Shown piece after piece: positions 48,701 through 55,319 of a stretch of 55,319 nt of DNA. A program made the position numbers and the translations under genes. Numbering within the stretch: the stretch's first letter is position 1; every line of letters starts with the position of its first letter. This DNA comes from Chromera velia (taxonomy: Eukaryota), in assembly GCA_018398765.1 (NCBI GenBank), contig JAHBMJ010000153.1, positions 1 through 55,319 of the forward strand. Reading direction: 5' to 3'. The notes beneath the pieces were generated by a model, which searched no databases, was not told the origin of the DNA, and worked only from the letters and a program-made list of their open reading frames with translations.

Positions 48701-51153
48701 GAATGAGAAGAAGAGACAAAAACAGCAATTCAGCAAAGTTTGAGAAGATCGACAGACAGAGAGGAGCTGCAAGCTTGCCTCCTCGAGCTACCCACCTGAA
48801 CAAAATAGGCCGAAGGAAGACTCGACCCAATCACGCAAGCGGTCACGTACATGATCACGACCGTCTGTATAAGGAGACGGCAAAAGATTTCTGTACATGT
48901 GGAGCGTTTCCGTGTGCGCTCCGCCCCTTCTCCTTCTTCCTTTGACAGAAGGCGTTCGACGGGGACACGCACAATTTCTTTGCGGGAGTTCGCTGCGGTG
49001 AGATCTTTCAACAGATCACCGGCTGATTTCTCTGACGCTTCAGCAAACGAAACTGTCACACCGAATTTTTCCTGCGCTGTTTGCACTAGTTGGGTCAGTT
49101 TGAGGCTGTCAATTCCGTTAGCAGCGAGCGTTTCGTCCCAATCAGACACTCCCGCTGCCTTGAACAGCGCCTCCAAAGAGGTCGCACCGTCCAGTTCTGT
49201 TCTTTCAGACCCTGCGAGGGCAGTCAACTCTCCCGCTTCCCACATTCGTTTGGTCTCTGCACGACGTACCTTTCCTGATGTTGTTTTGGGCACAGCACCC
49301 TTGCGGACGAGTGCTGCGACTTCCAATTCTAGTCCGATCTCACCCTCCACACGCGCGCGCACGCGGGAGGACAACAGCTGGAGTCCCGACAAATCAACTC
49401 CCTCTCGGACCTCACACACGAGAACAACAGAACCCTCACTAGATTGAAAGGCGACTGTGCTTCCTGGGCGAATGTCATCCGGGAAGGCTTGCTCTGCTGC
49501 TCTTTCGAGGTCGACAGGTGCGAAATTCTTTCCTGCCACGATGATTAAGTCTTTCAGGCGAGAGAGAATGAACAATTCACCCGAACTCACCACTCCGATA
49601 TCTCCCGACCTCAACCAACCTGTAGATTCTCCATTCATTTTTTTGGTCTCAAACGTAACTTTCCTCATCTCCTCTGGTTTCAACGACTGGGAGGTCTGGC
49701 AGAGGTCTTCCACCACCTCCTCGAGCTCCCTCTCCTGCTCCTTCTCATCCAACTCTCCTTTGGGGCCCGACGCCTCCACTCCCTTTCCCCCCTTCCCCCC
49801 TGTCGTGTCCTTCGCAAAGGACGCTTTGAGAACGGCATTGAATGTCTCTGCGCTCTTCTCTGGTTTGTTCAGGTACCCCTTTCCCACCGATTCCGATTTG
49901 ATCCACACCTCTCCCTCACTTCCGTCTGGCACGTCCTGCATCGTCTGTATGTCAACAACTTTCACCTCCACACCCATGGCAGATGCAAAAGCAACCGACC
50001 CCACAGACCACTTCCCCTGATGACAGGAGTTTGTGCCGAATGTTGTCGCCATCACACCCGTCTCTGCCTGCCCCCAACAGTTGTACACAGCATTGGGGGA
50101 AATCCCAAGGACGCTTTGCATTTTGGGGAGCATTTCGAAGTCTGAGGGCTCTCCACCCAGGGAGCAGAAACCCAGGCGGGGGCACTGGAGGCATTCTCCC
50201 TTTGCCTCCAGTCTCTTGATAGATAAACCGAAGGCAAATGAGGGACCGTTGGTGTAGGTGGCCCCGTAGCGGGAGACGCACCTAAACCACAGAGGCGGGT
50301 TCTGAATGAAGTCTAGGGGACTCAGGAAATATCCCTTCGAGCCAAAGTCCAGTGTCAGGAGGTACGAGGCAATCAAACCGAAATCATGGTACTGAGGCAC
50401 AAAGTGCACCCCCACACACTCTTCTGCAGGAATTTTCAACGCTGCATGTGCGAGATGCCTCATGTAGTCCATCTGGTGGGCGATGTTCCCGAAGGTCAAT
50501 TCGACTCCCTTGGGGAAACTAATGCTGCCTGATGTGTACTGAATCAGAGCGGTGGCATCGGGGGGGGCTGTGGTCCAGCTGTCTGTTGTCTGAATCGGCA
50601 AATCTCTCACGTTCTTCGGCATGCCCCCATCTACCGCTATCCAGTCCAATTTCGGCCATGTGACTTTCAACCCCGTGGCACCCACCAGGAGTTTGTACTT
50701 TGCGGTGGTCAGTGCAACAGAAGCACCGCAGTCCTCCTGAAACTGTCGCAGCTTCTTTACATCCTGCTGCAGCTTTGCAGGATTGGGGGGGTAGACAGAA
50801 ACAACGGTCGCTCCAAGACGCCACAGAGCAACCATGCCTACAACGAATTCGATCCCGAAAGGGAAAACAATCATCACTCTCTGACCCTCCCTGACCCCAA
50901 CCTTTTTCAGTCTCTCTGCCACAATGGAGGCTCGAGTCCACAACTCCCCTCGAGTGTATTCGACTGCCACTCTGCCCTCCTGATTCAGCCAGTGCATCAA
51001 CGGCTCATTTGGCTTTTCCAACGCATGCTTGAACAATGAGTGCAAAATTGTGGTGGACCTGGTTTTCAAAGGAGGGAACCAACCATCTCCCCGTTCACCC
51101 AGGTTCAACCCTTTCTCCCCTCCTTCTGCCAGTCGGGGGACTTCGTCAGGCAT
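45736..51153 (-). CDS. Membrane-bound NRPS-like enzyme: fatty acyl-AMP ligase - ACP - three TM/left-handed beta-helix modules (Pls/PosA-type terminal region), ~1605 aa, 3 exons
   Basis: Exons 51153-48796, 48512-46349, 46031-45736 (4818 nt). FAAL motifs: IQYTSGS..PKG, PQYHDFGLI, SPLDFIQNP.LW...SRY.AT...GPSFA, GGEP, WLRSGDIG, RLKDLIIV.GKN, PKTTSGKVRR. ACP: GIDSL. Terminal region: KWVLLGRWRP...WS..F.RWW.V.RL...TPL..LFY.LLGARV, YEGVPA, GMGNP, L.ALG, LVELG...ESHIV...L.VG..A.L...VGNPS. Confidence 0.9.
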
Positions 51154-51464
51154 TTCGAGAAAGAATCACTTCGATACCGAAGACCACAGAGTGTTGTATT
51201 CAGGTCAGACAATGTCAACAACGGAAGTTCCAGAACGCCTTCCGCTAGCTGTCTCACTCAGACTCCTGCAAATTTATGTCGCCGACAGAGACGGTAAGAT
51301 TTGGTTGATCCTCCCTTTCTCTTTGAAACCCGCGCTCTGACAATCTTTGATTCCGTACAGGCAAAAAAAGAAAATGAAGGTTCAGAAGCAGTATATACTG
51401 CACGCTGAGAGTCGCGCAGGAGAGCGCAAAGTGCATGCATGCAATCATTGCGCGCGCTCGTCAT

Positions 51465-52232
51465 GCGTATAGCTGTTTCGCTTGCTTACGCAACATTAGG
51501 GTGCCGTATAGCTGTTTCGCTTGCTTACGCAACATTAGGCGCGCGCCCGAGGGATCTAGCGGCCCCCACTATGCCGCATATGATTAGATCCCTCATCGAC
51601 AATCTCCCCCCCCCGTTCACCCCAAAAAACCAGTACGGAATAGTCCTTCCCCAGTAAACTGAGTTCACTACCCGAGTAGTCGATCGGCTTTACAGCTAAG
51701 GCAACGGATTGGAGAAGCACTGTCTAAAGCGGTGGGAGGGTGGGTTCCGGTTCGTTCGATGGAACTGTTAGAACAGACTACCGTCTTTTCTCCTTTGTCT
51801 GACTCCTCTTCAACTACTCAATATATCTTTTCTGACTTACACATTTTTCTGAGCGCGCGGTGGATAAAACCACCAACACCATTTTTTCTCGCCCACGCGG
51901 GATGGATCTGACGTTCCCGGTTCGGCGCGTTGGTACTGCAAAGGCCGCGCCAGGCCCGGGACTATATTTCCCGTCGGATCATGATTTCTATCGTTTGAAT
52001 GCACGGCTTCGCTCCGCAAGCTAGGCTTCACCTTCCATTCAAACTTCTTTGCAAAAATCCCAATCGCTCCTAGTTTGGGCTGTGGGACCCGTAGACACAA
52101 CTAGATTCACGTCTTAACGAAGGGTAACTCCGTTAAGCCGTATGAAGGGGGCGTATTTCGCCTAATGCCGTATAGCTGTTTCGCTTGCTTACGCAACATT
52201 AGGCGCGCGCCCGAGGGATCTAGCAGCCCCCA
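51465..52232. repeat. Short direct repeats upstream of the FAAL gene (35-bp core x3; ~65-bp unit x2)
   Basis: cgtatagctgtttcgcttgcttacgcaacattagg at ~51466, ~51505 and ~52169; the last two extend with cgcgcgcccgagggatctagc.gccccca. Confidence 0.9.
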
Positions 52233-52710
52233 GTCTGAGACGGGTCCCCAGTCTGAAAAGACAAGAAACAGTAATACGTAGTTTGCTTAATTAATGAACA
52301 TTTATGTTTATGATTTGGCATTACTGGTTTGTGTCTTAGAGCGGATCAGATACAGCTGAAACATTCTATAATGTAGCAACTGCATATACTTAAAAGTACA
52401 ATAATTTATTGTTGCCAATAAATTTATGTTATCTTTTTTTGCTTTGGACACTGCCTCTTTGATCAACTTTGAGGTCCTATTTCAATGGTAATCTACTGAC
52501 TATACAGAAGAACACGCCAGATCTGTGTCTGCCATCAGGTCTGCAAGGGATCAATTGGCACAGGGAGAGCCATAACATCCCCTCTGCCTTTTAAAGATGC
52601 ATGGAAAGATCAAATGCTATGAGATGTTGCCTTTCTCTGTTTGCAACGGATGCTTGGACACAGCAGCAGCTGCTTTTTAACTCCGCAAACGATGCGGCGG
52701 CCCAGAGACA

Positions 52711-55319
52711 GGGGTCTCGCCCTTCTCTTCTGCCAGAATGGAGACATGTACAGAGAAAGAGAACGATCTCTGCCCTTTTTTGTCTGCAAAGAAGAAAGAT
52801 GTATAGAGAGAGGGGTCTCTGCTCTTCTCTGTCTGCAAAAAGAAAGATGTACAGAGAGAAGTGTCTCTGCCCTTCTCTGTCTGCAAATGAAGATGTACAG
52901 AGAGGGGTCTCTGCTCTTCTCTATCTGCAAAGAAGAAAGATGTACAGGGAGAGGGGTCTCTGCCCTTCTCTGTCTGCAAAGAAGAAAGATATACAGAGAG
53001 AGGGTCCTGCCCTTCTCTGTCTGCAACGAAGAAAGATATGCAGAGAGAGGGGTCCTGCCCTTCTCTGTCTGTAAAGAATGAAGCTGCAAGAAGAGAGGGG
53101 TCTCTGCCCTTCTCTATCTGCAAAGAAGAAAGATGTACAGAGAGAGGGTCCTACCCTTCTCTGTCTGCAAAGAAGAAAGATGTACAGAGAGAGGGGCCCT
53201 GCCCTTTTCTGTCTGCAAAGAAGAAAGATGCAGAGAAGAGAGGTCCTGCCCTTCTCTTTCTGCAAAGAATGAAGATGTACAAAGAGAGGGGTCCTGCCCT
53301 TCTCTGTCTGCAAAGAAGAAAGATGTATAGGGAGAGGTTCCTGCCCTTCTCAGAGAGAGTCTGTCTGCAAGAACAAAGATGTACAGAGAGAGGGTCCTGC
53401 CCTTCTCTGTCTGCAAAGAAGGATGTACCGAGAGAGGGGTCCTGCCCTTCTCTGTCTGCAAAGAAAAAAGATGTACAAAGAGAGGGGTCCTGCCCTTCGG
53501 AATCCCTGTCTGCACAGAAGAAAGATGTACAGAGAGAGGGGTCTCTGCCCTTCTCTAACTGCAAAAAAGAAGCATGTACAGAGAGAAAGGTCTCTGCCCT
53601 TATTTGTTTGCAAAGAAGAAAGATGTACAGAGAGAGGGGTCCTGCCCTTCTCTGTCTGCAAAGAAGAAAGATGTACAGAGAGAGGGGTCCTGCCCTTCTC
53701 TGTCTGCAAAGAAGAAAGATGTACAGAGAGAGGGGTCCTGCCCTTCTCTGTCTGCAAAGAATGAAGATATACAGAGAGATGGGTCCTGCCCTTCTCTGTC
53801 TACAAAGAAGAAAGATGTACAGAGAGAGGGTCCGGCCCTTCTCTATCTGCAAAGAAGAAAGATGTACAGAGAGAGGGTCCTGCCCTTCTCTGTCTGCAAA
53901 GAGGAAAGATGTACAGAGAGAGGGGTCCTCCCCTTCTCTGTCTGTAAAGAAGAACTTCAAGATGTACAGAGAGAGAGGTCCCTGCCCTTCTCTGTCTGCA
54001 AAGAAGAAAGATGTACAGAGAAAAGGTCCTACCCTTCTCTGTCTGCAAAGAAGAAAGATGTGCAGAGAGAGGGGTCCTGCCCTTCTCTGTCTGCAAAGAA
54101 TGAGGATATACAGAGAGAGGGTCCTGCCCTTCTCTGTCTGCAGAGAAGAAAGATGTACAGAGAGAGGGCCTGCCTTTCTCTGCCTGCAAAAAAGAAAGAT
54201 GTACAGAGAGAGGGGTCTCTGCCCTTCTCTGTCTGCAAAGAAAAAGATGTACAGAGAGATGGGTCCCTGCCCTTTTCTGTCTGCAAAAGAAGAAAGATAT
54301 ATAGAGAGAGGGGTCCTGCCTTCTCTATCTGCAAAGAAGAGAGATCGATGTACAGAGAGAGGGGTCCTGACCTTCTCTGTCTGCAAAGAAGAAAGATGTA
54401 CAGAGAGAGGGTCCTGCCCTTCTCTGTCTGCAAACAAAAAAGATGTACAGAGAGAAGGGCCCTGCCCTTCTCTGTCTGCAAAGAAGAAAGATGCACAGAG
54501 AGAGGGGTTAGACTTTCTGCCCTTCTCTGTTTGCAAAGAATGAAGATGTACAGAGACAGCGGTCCTGCCCTTCTCTGTCTGCAAGGAAGAACGATGTACA
54601 GAGAGAAGGGTCCTGCCCTTCTCTGTCTGCAAAGAAGAAAGATGTACAGAGAGAGGGGTCCTGCCCTTCTCTGTCTGCAAAGAATGAAGATGTACAGAGA
54701 GAAGGTCCTGCTCTTCTCTGTCTGCAAAGAAGAAAGATGTACAGAGAGAGGGGTCCTGCCCTTTTCTGTCTGCAAAGATTGAAGATGTACAGAGAGAGGG
54801 TCCTACCCTTCTCTGTCTGCAAAGAAGAAAGATGTACAGAGAGAGGGGTGTTGCCCTTCTCTGTCTGTAAAGAAGAACTTCAAGATGTACAGAGAGATGG
54901 GTCTCTTCCCTTCTCTGTCTGCAAAGAAGAAAGATGAACCGAGAGAGGGGTCTCTTGCCCTTTTTTGTCTGCAAAGAAGAAAGATATACAGAGAGAGGGT
55001 CCTGCCCTTCTTTATCTGCAAAGAAGAAAGATGTACAGAGAGAGGGGTCCTGCCCTTCTCTTTCTGCAAAGAAGAAAGATGTACAGAGAGAAGGGTCCTC
55101 CCCTTCTCCGTCTGCAAAGAATGAAGATGTACAGAGAGAGGGGTTAGACTTTCTGCCCTTCTCTGTTTGCAAAGAATGAAGATGTACAGAGACAGCGGTC
55201 CTGCCCTTCTCTGTCTGCAAGGAAGAACGATGTACAGAGAGAAGGGTCCTGCCCTTCTCTGTCTGCAAAGAAGAAAGATGTACAGAGAGAGGGTCCTGCC
55301 CTTCTCTGTCTGCAAACAA
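52711..55319. repeat. ~48-bp minisatellite/satellite, ~50+ copies, continues past the window end
   Basis: Consensus ctgcccttctctgtctgcaaagaagaaagatgtacagagagaggggtc; 47-50-bp variants. Confidence 0.97.

Noticed and set aside
48513..48795. FAAL-ACP and membrane beta-helix protein as two separate genes
   Set aside because: A phase-0 GT-AG intron joins them within a TM region, and the second ORF has no ATG start of its own.
53038..55319. Long ORFs (501, 722, 402 aa) in the terminal satellite
   Set aside because: Open in several frames on both strands because the monomer is nearly free of stops; indels swap frames freely, so no coding constraint.
52711..55319. CRISPR-like array
   Set aside because: Head-to-tail monomers with no unique spacers, no cas genes, eukaryotic context.

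Overview
Eukaryotic nuclear DNA with many GT-AG introns, abundant (CA)n/(CT)n/(CTTT)n microsatellites and frequent GTCAGT donors. The style fits a chromerid alveolate such as Chromera velia (inference, not verified). Manual splicing gives six genes: (1) the 5' part of a GT17 (GnT-III/MGAT3-like) glycosyltransferase (-); (2) a 21-exon, ~1045-aa, probably plastid-targeted protein with a divergent RimP-like module (+); (3) a 5-exon, ~760-aa caspase-family (C14) protease with an intact His/Cys dyad, a ~200-aa linker and three tandem CCHH-CCHC zinc-knuckle pairs (-); (4) a PCID2/THP1/CSN12-like PCI protein (-); (5) a NEURL4/PARP-like ADP-ribosyltransferase with a frame break (+); (6) a ~1605-aa membrane enzyme fusing a fatty acyl-AMP ligase and ACP to the three-part TM/beta-helix terminal region of poly-lysine synthetase (Pls/PosA)-type NRPSs (-). 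The last exon of gene 6 is duplicated downstream with its own acceptor and mostly synonymous differences. A transposon-rich block at ~22-31 kb holds a decayed CACTA/Plavaka (CMC)-type element, two MITEs, assembly gaps and a probably artefactual 791-bp duplication. There is also a hairpin-forming ~200-bp tandem array (38.1-39.5 kb) and a ~48-bp satellite running off the window end. The best candidate for an undescribed system is the FAAL-ACP-Pls-type enzyme, a possible lipid-polymer synthase. All calls come from motif recognition by eye; no searches were run.
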